From: Staphylothermus hellenicus DSM 12710
Lineage (GTDB): Archaea; Thermoproteota; Thermoprotei_A; Sulfolobales; Desulfurococcaceae
Length of the DNA stretch: 32,000 nt
Assembly: GCF_000092465.1 (NCBI RefSeq)
Contig: NC_014205.1
Location: 930,001-962,000 of the forward strand
Direction: 5' to 3'
Positions 17,398 to 27,098 of this stretch are shown here, one piece after another. The notes beneath the pieces were generated by a model. The model was given only the letters and a program-made list of their open reading frames with translations. It did not search any database and had not been told where the DNA came from. The stretch's first letter is position 1; each line of letters starts with the position of its first letter. Made by a program: the position numbers and the translations under genes.

Positions 17398-17647
17398 TGT
17401 TTCCACTTCGGCTCCAATACATAGAACATTTCTATTGTAATTCAAGCAGTTTCCACACCAGAACAATACTCTAAACTCTATAGAAAACCAGTCGAACATT
17501 TTACATTATACAAACCCGACAAGGGGTCAGCGATACTATTAAGCCTATAGAAAACTAATCGAACAAGATCAACCAGAGGATCAAATAGAGAAAATAATAT
17601 ATAGTTCTTCGAAGAAAAAAATAAAATGTAACAATGTATTCGAACCA

Positions 17648-17811
17648 AAGTAGCAACTTAGAAAGAATTGAAGGTTGATCGACCATTCCTCATCTACTTT
17701 TATAACTTTGCTGAAGTAGCAACTTAGAAAGAATTGAAGGTCTAATATACCTATACGTGGGGTTATAGGCTTATACATGTGTATGTAACAACTTAGAAAG
17801 AATTGATAGGT
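17648..17811 (+). CRISPR. orphan mini-CRISPR array: 3 repeats, 2 spacers
   Basis: AAGTAGCAACTTAGAAAGAATTGAAGGT is identical at 17648-17675 and 17714-17741. A degenerate third copy (ATGTAACAACTTAGAAAGAATTGATAGGT) lies at 17783-17811. Spacers are 38 and 41 nt. The repeat ends in ATTGAAGG, like the crenarchaeal ATTGAAAG 5'-handle, which suggests + orientation. No cas genes in the window. Confidence 0.6.
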
Positions 17812-17817
17812 GTAGGA

Positions 17818-18357
17818 TTAACTACATATTTTTGGTAGTAAATGAATTATGCCGTCTTTAGCTTTAACCATGTATGATTTGTTGTTATAGTAGAATTTTG
17901 CTACTAGACTGGCTATTGCTGCGTCTTTTTCATCTTTGCTTAGATTCTTGGTTTCTAGTTTTATGTTTAGCTTATCTAGGAGTTCATCTAGAGTTTTGCA
18001 TTTACTTGATTTTAAAGCGCTCGAGGGATGTGTTTCTATTACTCTAATATCGTGTTTTTCAAGTATGGACTTGATGTGGAGGCTTCTATGAATTAGTATC
18101 TGCATACTTCTCCATCCCGGAGGTAATACTTTGTATCCAAGTTTCTTCATTAATAAGTCTACTTCTCGGTAACCTTTAGAATAGGATAGTGGGGAGTCTA
18201 TTGCTAAAACAACTGGTTTATATAATAGGATCTTATTTATTATTTCATTGTCTCGATATAGTTTACCGATGAAAATGAAAATATTATTTTTAATTATTGC
18301 TAAACCGCTTGGTTTTTTCTCTGTTCCAGCAGGGTCTAGTCCTGCATAGATTACCAT
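17818..18357 (-). CDS. RNase H-fold-like protein (DUF429/COG2410-type predicted nuclease), tentative
   Basis: 179 aa. The N-terminus MVIYAGLDPAGTEKKPSGLAII resembles the first strand and acidic residue of RuvC/RNase H-like folds. Its start overlaps the upstream GGR gene by 7 nt. Confidence 0.4.
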   Translation of the reverse strand: MVIYAGLDPAGTEKKPSGLAIIKNNIFIFIGKLYRDNEIINKILLYKPVVLAIDSPLSYSKGYREVDLLMKKLGYKVLPPGWRSMQILIHRSLHIKSILEKHDIRVIETHPSSALKSSKCKTLDELLDKLNIKLETKNLSKDEKDAAIASLVAKFYYNNKSYMVKAKDGIIHLLPKICS

Positions 18358-19727
18358 TTTACTTTCTGTCCGGGATCAAATTTTATTTGTGCTCTATATT
18401 CATTATAGGTTTTTTCAACAATATTTATCCATTCATATAGTTTTTCCGGTGTATCAGGGTATTTGTCGAGGTATAGTTCTTTTACTTTATTCATGTAGTT
18501 TCTAACAATTCTTAACTGGTTAAGCAATGTTGGTTTAGATAGTAATTTTAGCATGCTCGATATACCATGTACTACTTGATCTAATAATTTTGCATGTGTT
18601 CCTAGATCATATATTGCTTTACCATCTACTATTTTATTCTTCATTATCCATTCGAAGTCTTCATTACTTAGTTTTTGAAGATACATCCTCAATATGTCTA
18701 GGGCTGCTTGTTTAGCACCATATACTTGTATGTATTCCTTATTGGCTTGCCACGTAGCTGTTTCGTCAACCATTCCCTTCTCCAACGCGTTTCCAATATG
18801 TTTTGCAACAATAGCTGATGCTTGAAGAGACGAGCCTATTCCTCCACCATGAACTGGGTTAACAGTATATGCTGCATCACCTGCAACTCCAACATTTCTC
18901 CATACAAGTGTTGGTAATGGTCTACGTGTCGGCACCATTCCCCCGCCTGCATGTATTAGTCGTCCTTTAAACCTTGGCTTCAAATACTTATTGTAGTTGT
19001 GTCTCGGATTATAGTCGTTGACACCCCATATCACTCCTAATCCAATATTAATTATTCTACCGCTGGGATCCTTTGGGAAAAGCCACCAATAACCTCCCGG
19101 GGCAATAATTGTGTTTAGATAGATCACTGCATAATCTACATCCTCCTCGTTAACAGGTTTATCAGTTTCTAGCACTTCTCGGTAAGCAATATTATAATCC
19201 GTCATATAGGGTCTCTCAGAAATAGGCCATTCTAGTGGAAGCTTAGATCTTAGAGCTGGCTTGGCCCCGCTTGCATCTATAAATGCATCAGCTACTAGTT
19301 CTTTAAGCCCTGGTTTACCAAGCTCTTTTACCTTAATAGATTGCACACCGTTATCGTCGAATTTAACACCTAGTAATACATGTTTATCTAGTAGAACAGC
19401 TCCATTATCCTCCGCTCTTCTCAGTAGCCATTGCCCAAACTTTAACCTATTAACACTAATTCCCTCGCCTGAAACAATAATACTGTATTTTTCGCTGGGA
19501 CTATAGATTTTTACTCCTTTATACCTATGATCTATTGTTTCCTCGGGAGGATGCCAGCCTAGCTCTTCAAAGTGATGAACACCTATGGCATCACCACATG
19601 TTTTATCTCCTATCCTACTCCTAGGCTTGCTCTCAACAATTGCAACCTTGAATCCCCTGGATGCCAGAACAAATGCTGCGTTCAAACCAGCTACTCCTGC
19701 ACCAACAACTATAACATCATATTTCAA
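18351..19727 (-). CDS. geranylgeranyl reductase family flavoprotein (digeranylgeranylglycerophospholipid reductase-like)
   Basis: N-terminal FAD fold DVIVVGAGVAGLNAAFVLASRG and VGVAGDAAYTVNPVHGGGIGSSL motif. 458 aa, as in the long crenarchaeal GGRs. Confidence 0.85.
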   Translation of the reverse strand: MKYDVIVVGAGVAGLNAAFVLASRGFKVAIVESKPRSRIGDKTCGDAIGVHHFEELGWHPPEETIDHRYKGVKIYSPSEKYSIIVSGEGISVNRLKFGQWLLRRAEDNGAVLLDKHVLLGVKFDDNGVQSIKVKELGKPGLKELVADAFIDASGAKPALRSKLPLEWPISERPYMTDYNIAYREVLETDKPVNEEDVDYAVIYLNTIIAPGGYWWLFPKDPSGRIINIGLGVIWGVNDYNPRHNYNKYLKPRFKGRLIHAGGGMVPTRRPLPTLVWRNVGVAGDAAYTVNPVHGGGIGSSLQASAIVAKHIGNALEKGMVDETATWQANKEYIQVYGAKQAALDILRMYLQKLSNEDFEWIMKNKIVDGKAIYDLGTHAKLLDQVVHGISSMLKLLSKPTLLNQLRIVRNYMNKVKELYLDKYPDTPEKLYEWINIVEKTYNEYRAQIKFDPGQKVKW

Positions 19728-19802
19728 ATCTTTATACCTCCAATACTCGGGTTTTTCCCAGCATTGAATAGGATAATTGCTGTTTTATCCTTTTAAACTT
19801 CT

Positions 19803-20642
19803 ATGTATATATTATTTTTGAGAAAAATAATACCTTGTATGGTGTATGCTTTGCCTACGATTGAGGAAATAGTTGGTTTAACCCCTGTTTATAGAATTGT
19901 AGCGTTAGCTTCAGGTGTTGGAAAAACAAGTCTTGGAACAGAACTTGTATCTGAACTATCACGTAAAGGTGTTAGATTAGCTGTTGTTAAGCAGACACAT
20001 GAGAAATTGCTTAATGAACTAAGTGATCCTGGAAGATACAAGCTTGCCGGTGCACATACAGTATTTGTTTCCAGTCCTGAAAACACATTAATATATAGAG
20101 AACCCTTTACGGGATTGAAGGAAATCATCTATGCTATGAAGTATCATCCACTAGTATTAGCTGAGGGATTTCTGGGTTCGAGTGTTGGCAAAGCAATAGC
20201 GATAGTAACTGATCCATCAGAGATTAATGCTTTGATAAAAGTGGAGAAGGGCCTATGGTATATTGTAAGTAATGATTATGAATTAGTCGAGAAATCTAAA
20301 AGTATAGGGTTCAATGCCCTTCTACTAGATGAAACAAAGCATTTAGCAGGTGAGATATACAAGGATGCTTTAAGACTAATAGCATCAAGATTTAAGGGTT
20401 CACCTGAGAATTGTGGTGCTGGTTCGTGGATGGAGGTTGCTGAGAAAATACTTCACGGCATCATTATGCCTCATGAGTGCCCATTCGCGTTCCCGCTTAG
20501 AATACATGTTGATGATAAAGTTGTAGAGCTGGATCCCAGGATTGCTAGGATAGCTGCTAGCTTATTAGAGGGATTTATTAGCAGTATTATTGAAACAACA
20601 GAGAAACCTAGAAAGATAAAAATAGAATTTATAATGGAGTAA
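19803..20642 (+). CDS. MobB-like P-loop protein with C-terminal extension
   Basis: VALASGVGKTSLGTELVSELSRKGVRLAVVKQTHE resembles the MobB P-loop plus the VIKH-type segment. The true start may be an internal Met. Confidence 0.5.
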   Translation: MYILFLRKIIPCMVYALPTIEEIVGLTPVYRIVALASGVGKTSLGTELVSELSRKGVRLAVVKQTHEKLLNELSDPGRYKLAGAHTVFVSSPENTLIYREPFTGLKEIIYAMKYHPLVLAEGFLGSSVGKAIAIVTDPSEINALIKVEKGLWYIVSNDYELVEKSKSIGFNALLLDETKHLAGEIYKDALRLIASRFKGSPENCGAGSWMEVAEKILHGIIMPHECPFAFPLRIHVDDKVVELDPRIARIAASLLEGFISSIIETTEKPRKIKIEFIME

Positions 20643-20650
20643 AAACTGGT

Positions 20651-22180
20651 TTAAGGCAATATTTTTAAAAGCATCCCTTCAACTATTAGTGGAGAATGCC
20701 TGGATGCCAAGTTTATTGCTTCTCTCAGCCTAGCCGAGCTACTACTATAAATAGTTAATAATGGATCGCCCTTGTTAACTCTATAACCAATCTTTGCATG
20801 CAAATATACTCCCGCACCCTTATCGAACGGTGCACCTGCTGCTCTCGCAATAGTCGTTATTGCGGCATTATCAATATATGTTACTGCCCCCTCCATTGGA
20901 GATTCTATTGTATATGTATGTTTACCTAAGGGAATATCTTCTGGTTTAATATTCGGATCACCTTCTTGAGCCTCAATGATCTCCTTGAATTTCTCATGTG
21001 TTTTGCCGCTTAGAAATATGTCTCGAGCAACCTCTACTCCCCTACCAGGAGGTACTTTTCCGCTGAGCTCGAATACTAGTCCAGCAATGGATAATGCTTT
21101 ATCGACAAGGCTCTTCTTCCCCTTCCTATTAATCATTGTCTCCAATGCCTCCTTAGCTTCAAGAGCCGGCCCCGCTGTTGCACCTATTGGTTGCCCACCA
21201 AATGTTAAGGCTACTCTTATCCTCATACCCAGTCTTGCTGCTTGCCTGATGAATATTCCAGCTAATTGGTCGGCTTCATCAGCTTTTTTAACCTTAGCTT
21301 TTCTCCCAACAGGTATGTCTATAACTAGGTTATCTACACCCATAGCTGCTTTCTTCGCTAATATGCTTGCCACCATTTGATGCCATGGATCAATGCTGAG
21401 TTTTCTCTCAATATTAACGAATATATCATCTGCAGGTGCGAGGTTTAATTTGCCGCCCCAAGCCAGTGTTGCTCGTACTTTCCTAGCTATCTCCTTGATC
21501 TCGTCGGCAGAGAAATCAACTCGTGCTAGAACCTCCATTGTATCAGCTGTTCCCGCCGGGCTTGTTATAGCTCTACTACTTGTTTTGGGAATAAGTAGTC
21601 CTCCAGCAGCCACTGTGGGTACAGCTATTAATGCTACTTTACTATTACCTGGAACCCCGCCTATACTGTGCTCATCATATACTGTGTCTTCAAACTCTAT
21701 TTTACTGCCGGTTTCAACCATAGCTCTGATAAGTGAGTGTAGTTCGTCTTCGCTTAATTCATAGTATAGCTGGCTTGTGAGAAAAGCCGCGATCTCCGCT
21801 TCACCATATGCTCCATCAACAATGTCTCTTATTAACCGGTACATTTCATCTTGGCTAATACGTTCGCCGTGAAGCCTTTTCTGTAGAGCCGTAAAGCTTG
21901 GTGGAACAGGGTAGGGTCTTAAACCTATTAATTCTCCATTGGATAGTTTAAGTGCCCACGCAATATCTTTAGATACAAGTATTTTTCCTCTTGGAACCAT
22001 AGTTTTAGTTATGGCTACTGCTCCGCTTCTGCTTCGATCACCTTTTGTTAATTTAACCTTGGATGAAGGACCTAAACCAAGCTCTTGTGCATCCTGAATA
22101 TTTACTATAACAATTGATCTACCAATATCTACATCAATTGATTCCGCAGTAAAATGCCTAGACGCAATATGTTCTTCCAT
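20651..22180 (-). CDS. deoA: AMP phosphorylase (archaeal thymidine phosphorylase family with N-terminal extension)
   Basis: 509 aa. It has the N-terminal extra domain followed by a glycosyl-transferase family 3 core (..EHSIGGVPGNSKVALIAVPTVAAGGLLIPKTSSRAITSPAGTADTMEVL..). Confidence 0.8.
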   Translation of the reverse strand: MEEHIASRHFTAESIDVDIGRSIVIVNIQDAQELGLGPSSKVKLTKGDRSRSGAVAITKTMVPRGKILVSKDIAWALKLSNGELIGLRPYPVPPSFTALQKRLHGERISQDEMYRLIRDIVDGAYGEAEIAAFLTSQLYYELSEDELHSLIRAMVETGSKIEFEDTVYDEHSIGGVPGNSKVALIAVPTVAAGGLLIPKTSSRAITSPAGTADTMEVLARVDFSADEIKEIARKVRATLAWGGKLNLAPADDIFVNIERKLSIDPWHQMVASILAKKAAMGVDNLVIDIPVGRKAKVKKADEADQLAGIFIRQAARLGMRIRVALTFGGQPIGATAGPALEAKEALETMINRKGKKSLVDKALSIAGLVFELSGKVPPGRGVEVARDIFLSGKTHEKFKEIIEAQEGDPNIKPEDIPLGKHTYTIESPMEGAVTYIDNAAITTIARAAGAPFDKGAGVYLHAKIGYRVNKGDPLLTIYSSSSARLREAINLASRHSPLIVEGMLLKILP

Positions 22181-22356
22181 ATCAATAACCTCGAACAGTT
22201 TTACCCCACATTCGCGGGAAGCAACATAATTTTAAACAACATCTTTTATTTATTTTTTACTTTTTTCTTGGACAAATATGGAAAAAGAATTTCTCGGCCC
22301 TGAATATTTTTATAGTTTCCCGAATACTTTGTAATTGTTTAAAATAATTTATTTGA

Positions 22357-22935
22357 CTAGAACATTGTAGGTTCTCCTAACAAGTTATTCAAGATGGTTT
22401 TAACAAGGAATTTCCTATCAATTACTCCTCTAATAACATTGTTTTTATCAACAATTATTACAGCGGGAACACCTAGGCTCCGAATAGCTCTTATTAGATC
22501 TTTTACTTTATTGTCTAAACTAAGAATTGGTGGTCTTTTATCCATTAAATCTTCTATGGGTATATCAAGTGATTTCTCTATCGGTATACTGATCTGGGAA
22601 ATAGAGAATGATGCTAAGATGCTTCTAGGACGGGATCTACGGGCGAAACTAGATATGATATGGTAATCTGTTAAATAACCTATAGGCTTCCTGTTTTCAT
22701 CTACGACAATAACCATTACAGGATGCCCTGTTGCAATAGCTTTTAATACGTTATAGAGTTTTGTACCCTTCCTAACAGTGATATATGTAGTTGGAGGGGG
22801 ACGGTATTTTTTTATAAAATCATTTATCTTCATATCTAAAATATTAGAAAATAGTTCGGTATCAATAATATCTTTTCTTCTTGTTTTTCTTGTTTCCCCT
22901 GGCTTCTCCAATATAAACCAACTCATACACTTCAT
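22357..22935 (-). CDS. CBS domain pair protein
   Basis: Two CBS-like units (..HPVMVIVVDENRKPIGYLTDYHIISSF.. and ..VPAVIIVDKNNVIRGVIDRKFLVKTIL..). Confidence 0.7.
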   Translation of the reverse strand: MKCMSWFILEKPGETRKTRRKDIIDTELFSNILDMKINDFIKKYRPPPTTYITVRKGTKLYNVLKAIATGHPVMVIVVDENRKPIGYLTDYHIISSFARRSRPRSILASFSISQISIPIEKSLDIPIEDLMDKRPPILSLDNKVKDLIRAIRSLGVPAVIIVDKNNVIRGVIDRKFLVKTILNNLLGEPTMF

Positions 22936-23016
22936 ATATTAGCCAGAACCTATTCCCCAAGTATTTTATGTATCATACTGGAAAAAATAAATTACTAACA
23001 GATTCGTATATACCTA

Positions 23017-23577
23017 TTATTCCTCTTTAATGTATTTGACCATTTCCAGAACTAGTTTTTCCTTGCTAGGATACTCGCTTGGAGGCATATAGTAGGATTT
23101 GACTCCGGGAATAGTCGAGGTATGCATGTATAGTTTCTTGTCTCCAGTGAAAAAGTATACCTCATAGCCTTTCTCTATGAGTGATTGTATGAGCTTAACT
23201 ATGTCTAAATCGTTCTCAGTCGGCTCTCTAATTATGTTACCGCTCCTTATAGGCTTGTCAACTCCTTTACCAACTATTTCATGTATTTCGTAATCTTTAA
23301 ATTCTCTTGCAAGAACCTCGGTATAAAAGCCTTTAAACATTTGGTCAAGAACTACTGCAACTTTTCTCTTACTAGCAACAGGTGCTTCAACAGGCTCCAC
23401 AGGTATCCATGTAATGAAGTCTTTCAACTCAGTGATCTCGGTTGGCGAAAGCTTCATTATAAGTTCTCCTCGATAAATTTCTCCCCCACCAATCTCGATA
23501 ACTGCTTTGAAAGCATCAATGAACCGATTATATTGTCCAATCACCTTATTATTATGAGAGACAATGTATTTCTCCAA
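23017..23577 (-). CDS. hypothetical protein, possible PIN-like nuclease domain in the C-terminal half
   Basis: Pattern of acidic residues on alternating strand/helix segments (VAVVLDQ.., ..TEVLARE.., ..ENDLDIV.., ..FFTGDKKL). Weak, by eye only. Confidence 0.35.
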   Translation of the reverse strand: MEKYIVSHNNKVIGQYNRFIDAFKAVIEIGGGEIYRGELIMKLSPTEITELKDFITWIPVEPVEAPVASKRKVAVVLDQMFKGFYTEVLAREFKDYEIHEIVGKGVDKPIRSGNIIREPTENDLDIVKLIQSLIEKGYEVYFFTGDKKLYMHTSTIPGVKSYYMPPSEYPSKEKLVLEMVKYIKEE

Positions 23578-23652
23578 GAATCATCGCCCAAGATTATTAT
23601 CTACTAATAACACTAAATAATATTTGACATATATGTATCTGGTGCATATACA

Positions 23653-25200
23653 TTGCGTAACACATATAATTATAGGGCTATTATACCTGAGAAAAGCGTT
23701 ATAGCTTCATATAAGCCTTTCAGAAAATGCGAAGCAGTCTTTATAGCAGATGATCAAATAGTACTATGCAGAGATAAAGAAGCAATAATGAAAATAGCTA
23801 AAGAAATCGGTGTTGAACCAGAGCATTATAGTGGAGTTGTCGGTCCCGGATTCATTGATGCACACATGCATGTAGATAGTTTGGGAATACTATTATCAAC
23901 AAATAATCTCGAAAACATATCTTCACGAAAAGAATTACTGGAAAAAATAGCGGCTGGGAAAAAACTTGGAGAATGGATTATTGGTAGAGGATTTGACCAT
24001 AACTTATTCATAGACGGAAAGAAACCACCTACACTTAAGGATTTAGATTCTATTTTCAAAGACAAACCAGTATTTATAATTCATAAATCAGGGCATATGG
24101 GCATCGTTAATAGTGTTGCCCTAGACATATTATTGGAGATCTCTAATGATACTGTAAGGAATAAGATTGATATGAATAATGGCTGGATATTTGAGGAAGC
24201 AGTTACTATTCTCTACAACTATATAATTAATAGTTTACCTTTTCAAACATATATGCATGTACTAGAGAAGAGCATTAATTATGTTAGAGAAAAAGGTGTT
24301 GTAGGAATAGGAGTTGCTGGATGTAACTGGAAATGCTTAGAAGCATTAAAAAAGCTGGATGAACACGGCAAAATACCTATACATGTACATGTATATATGT
24401 TTATCCATAAACTAGAAGAGATAGATAGAGTTGCTCGAGAAGCATTAATTTCTAAGAAATATTATCGGAGACTAAGAATTAATGGTGTAAAAATTATATT
24501 AGACGGTGCCTTGGGGACTCGGACTGCTTATCTTTCTCAGCCATATAGTGATGACCAATCTAATAAGGGGGCTTTACTATACGATCCCGAGCATTTAGAG
24601 AAAATAATGATTAGAGCAAATAGTCTCGGATTACAATTAGCTGTTCACTGTATAGGTGATGCTTGTCTAGACCATGTATTAAATGTTCTCTCCGAAATCG
24701 GTATGGATACTCGTATTTTGAGGCATAGAATAGAGCATGCATCACTCGTTAGAGACGATCAATTGAGAATAATAAATGATATAAAACCAGTAATTGTTGT
24801 CCAACCAAGATTTATATTATCAGATAAATGGCTAATTGATAGAATTGGGTATGAACGTGTAAGGTGGGCTTATAGATTCAAGTCCCTCAGTGAAAAAACA
24901 ATTATGGCGTTATCAACAGACTCCCCTGTCGAACCAGTTGATCCTAGAGAAACAATTTATGCAGCAATTACGAGGGGAATAAATGAGGATTTATCATATG
25001 GGATAATCACTTCTAATGAAAAAATGGATTTAATAGATGCACTATATGCTTATACACATGGATCAGCTTATGCTTTAAACGATGAAAAACTTGGATGCCT
25101 ATATGAAGGATGCTATGCTAACCCTATATTAATGAATAAAAACCCGCTAACAATAAGTGATCCAAGGGAAATATTAAGCTTAGAAATAAAACCCCTTTAA
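23653..25200 (+). CDS. metal-dependent amidohydrolase (TIM-barrel, Amidohydro_3/COG1574-like)
   Basis: GFIDAHMHVD metal-binding motif, internal HCIGD and EHAS motifs. 515 aa. Confidence 0.8.
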   Translation: MRNTYNYRAIIPEKSVIASYKPFRKCEAVFIADDQIVLCRDKEAIMKIAKEIGVEPEHYSGVVGPGFIDAHMHVDSLGILLSTNNLENISSRKELLEKIAAGKKLGEWIIGRGFDHNLFIDGKKPPTLKDLDSIFKDKPVFIIHKSGHMGIVNSVALDILLEISNDTVRNKIDMNNGWIFEEAVTILYNYIINSLPFQTYMHVLEKSINYVREKGVVGIGVAGCNWKCLEALKKLDEHGKIPIHVHVYMFIHKLEEIDRVAREALISKKYYRRLRINGVKIILDGALGTRTAYLSQPYSDDQSNKGALLYDPEHLEKIMIRANSLGLQLAVHCIGDACLDHVLNVLSEIGMDTRILRHRIEHASLVRDDQLRIINDIKPVIVVQPRFILSDKWLIDRIGYERVRWAYRFKSLSEKTIMALSTDSPVEPVDPRETIYAAITRGINEDLSYGIITSNEKMDLIDALYAYTHGSAYALNDEKLGCLYEGCYANPILMNKNPLTISDPREILSLEIKPL

Positions 25201-25216
25201 TACAAAATATACCTAG

Positions 25217-25411
25217 GTGATGATTATATTGTCCCTTTTTAAACCAGGAAAAAATATTGATCGCAGGAAGATTATTGAACAAATACTTAGAGATTTAGAT
25301 CCTGGTATAAGGGATGAGGCTAGGAGGTTTCTTAGCACACTTAGAGATGAGGACTTGGTTGATCGAGTAAAAGTTAACTCGTTATTAAAGAAAAAAGGTT
25401 TGCTAAAATAG
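25217..25411 (+). CDS. small hypothetical protein (64 aa)
   Basis: Non-overlapping ORF with a charged helical composition. No motif recognised. Confidence 0.3.
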   Translation: MMIILSLFKPGKNIDRRKIIEQILRDLDPGIRDEARRFLSTLRDEDLVDRVKVNSLLKKKGLLK

Positions 25412-26812
25412 TTATCCTATTGTTTTCTCAACTATTCTAGCATCATGTTTTTTAACTATTTCTAACAACTTATCTTCGAACTTGTTAATCATTTCTTCTA
25501 GTCTACTCCTAGTTAAGGCTTCCATATAAACTCTTATCTTAGGCTCTGTCCCACTTTTACGTATGAGTATCCATGAGTAATCCTTGTATTCGTATCTGTA
25601 CCCATCTATACTTAGTACATTTAATGGTTCTCCGAGAAGTGTCTTAAGTTCCTCCACTAGTTCTTCATAGATAATCTCTCTTTTCTCTACTGGTTCTACT
25701 TTGTAGCTTCTCCTATCCCATGGGTAATCAGGTATTTTTTCTTCATCAAGTATTTTCAGTAATGGTTTACCCCTTTCTATTACTTCTTTGGTGAGCAATG
25801 CAACTTGCCATATACCATCAACCCATGGACCCCACTTGGGATCAATTAGTTTCCATGGCTCAGCTGCTAGAACAACATTGTTTTTTCCAAGTTGTTTTAC
25901 TCTTTCATGTGTCTTTCCTAAAACATATCGTTCTAGTTGTCCATTCATTCTCTCAACTATTTCATCAACTATTCTGCCTGTATCGATTGAAACAATTACT
26001 TTTCCTTTTCTATCCCGTAATAATAGGTATGCGTAGAACGCGATTATTCTATCTTGTCTAATAAATCCTTTATATGGGTCTAGAACAGCTAACCGGTCAG
26101 CATCGCCGTCATGAGCTAGTATTAATGGTGGATTAACTGATTTATATAGGTCAAGATATTTTTCTAATGCATCCTTGCGTGGTTCAGGCGGTCTTACCGG
26201 GAAGAACCCATCGGGGCTAGCATTAATTGTTAATGGTTTACCTCCGAGTATCCGTATTATTCTGGGAGTTACATTATATGCTGCTCCATTGGCTAGATCA
26301 ACAACTATATATGGGTTCCAACTTTTTCTCTCTATACTAATTTGCTGTATCATATCATGAATATACTCCTCCACTATATCTGGTCTATAATTTATTTGCC
26401 CAACATTGTTCCAGCCAACAGGTTCTATTCTCTCATCCACTCTCTTCTCAACAATTGCTTCCAGCTCCCTTGTAAACTCGTATCCTTCATCATCATAGAA
26501 TTTAAACCCATTATATTCCGGGGGATTATGGCTTGCCGTAACAGAGATTCCCAGCGAACCATACTTCATAGCTGCATATCCAGCAATGGGTGTTGGAGCC
26601 AAGCCTATAATAAATGTATCAACTCCTCCAGCCAATAGGCCGGAAGCTATACTATATGTGAATAAATGATTTGTAGTACGGGAATCATAGACTATATATG
26701 ATCTTTTCCAACCACGAACTCCCGCCACTGCTAATCCAATCTTATAGGCCAATATAGGGTCGAGAACATCTGGATACTTCTTCCTTATGCCTGCGGTTCC
26801 AAACAACTTCAT
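25412..26812 (-). CDS. phosphohexomutase (phosphoglucomutase/phosphomannomutase/phosphoglucosamine mutase family)
   Basis: Active-site GISVTASHNPPEYNGFKF and metal loop AHDGDADR. The likely start is MKLFGTAGIRKKY at 26812; the track ORF extends to 26881. Confidence 0.9.
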   Translation of the reverse strand: MKLFGTAGIRKKYPDVLDPILAYKIGLAVAGVRGWKRSYIVYDSRTTNHLFTYSIASGLLAGGVDTFIIGLAPTPIAGYAAMKYGSLGISVTASHNPPEYNGFKFYDDEGYEFTRELEAIVEKRVDERIEPVGWNNVGQINYRPDIVEEYIHDMIQQISIERKSWNPYIVVDLANGAAYNVTPRIIRILGGKPLTINASPDGFFPVRPPEPRKDALEKYLDLYKSVNPPLILAHDGDADRLAVLDPYKGFIRQDRIIAFYAYLLLRDRKGKVIVSIDTGRIVDEIVERMNGQLERYVLGKTHERVKQLGKNNVVLAAEPWKLIDPKWGPWVDGIWQVALLTKEVIERGKPLLKILDEEKIPDYPWDRRSYKVEPVEKREIIYEELVEELKTLLGEPLNVLSIDGYRYEYKDYSWILIRKSGTEPKIRVYMEALTRSRLEEMINKFEDKLLEIVKKHDARIVEKTIG

Positions 26813-27020
26813 GTATGACACCTTATATTGTTTAGCAAAAATCCAGCACCAGTTAGAGTCTCGCATAATAATATAGTGCAAAATATATTTTATTTAATTA
26901 GTTCAATATATTAGTAGAGTCTATAGAATATAAGCGAATTAATACTATAGTTGAACTCGGTATTTCATATGAAACTATTTTTCAAAGCGGTATTATTTAC
27001 GAATGTTATCTCTGTATCCG

Positions 27021-27098
27021 TTATCCCCCGGGGAGAATTTCTCTGAGAAAATATTCTTTGGGAGAGGGGGGAATATTTTTATTATCCCCCCGGGGAAT
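27021..27098 (+). promoter_or_regulatory. twin G+C palindromic boxes around the speH promoter
   Basis: TTATCCCCCGGGGA (27021-27034) and TTATCCCCCCGGGGA (27082-27096), with CCCCGGGG cores 62 bp apart. A GGGGGGAAT half-site lies at 27066-27074. An A/T stretch (27072-27085) is TATA-like, and GGAGGTG at 27107-27113 sits 6 nt before the ATG at 27120. Confidence 0.45.

Noticed and set aside
17581-17778. 65-aa minus-strand ORF
   Set aside because: It is a read-through of the CRISPR repeats: the peptide LQFFLSCYF appears twice, once per repeat. It is not a gene.
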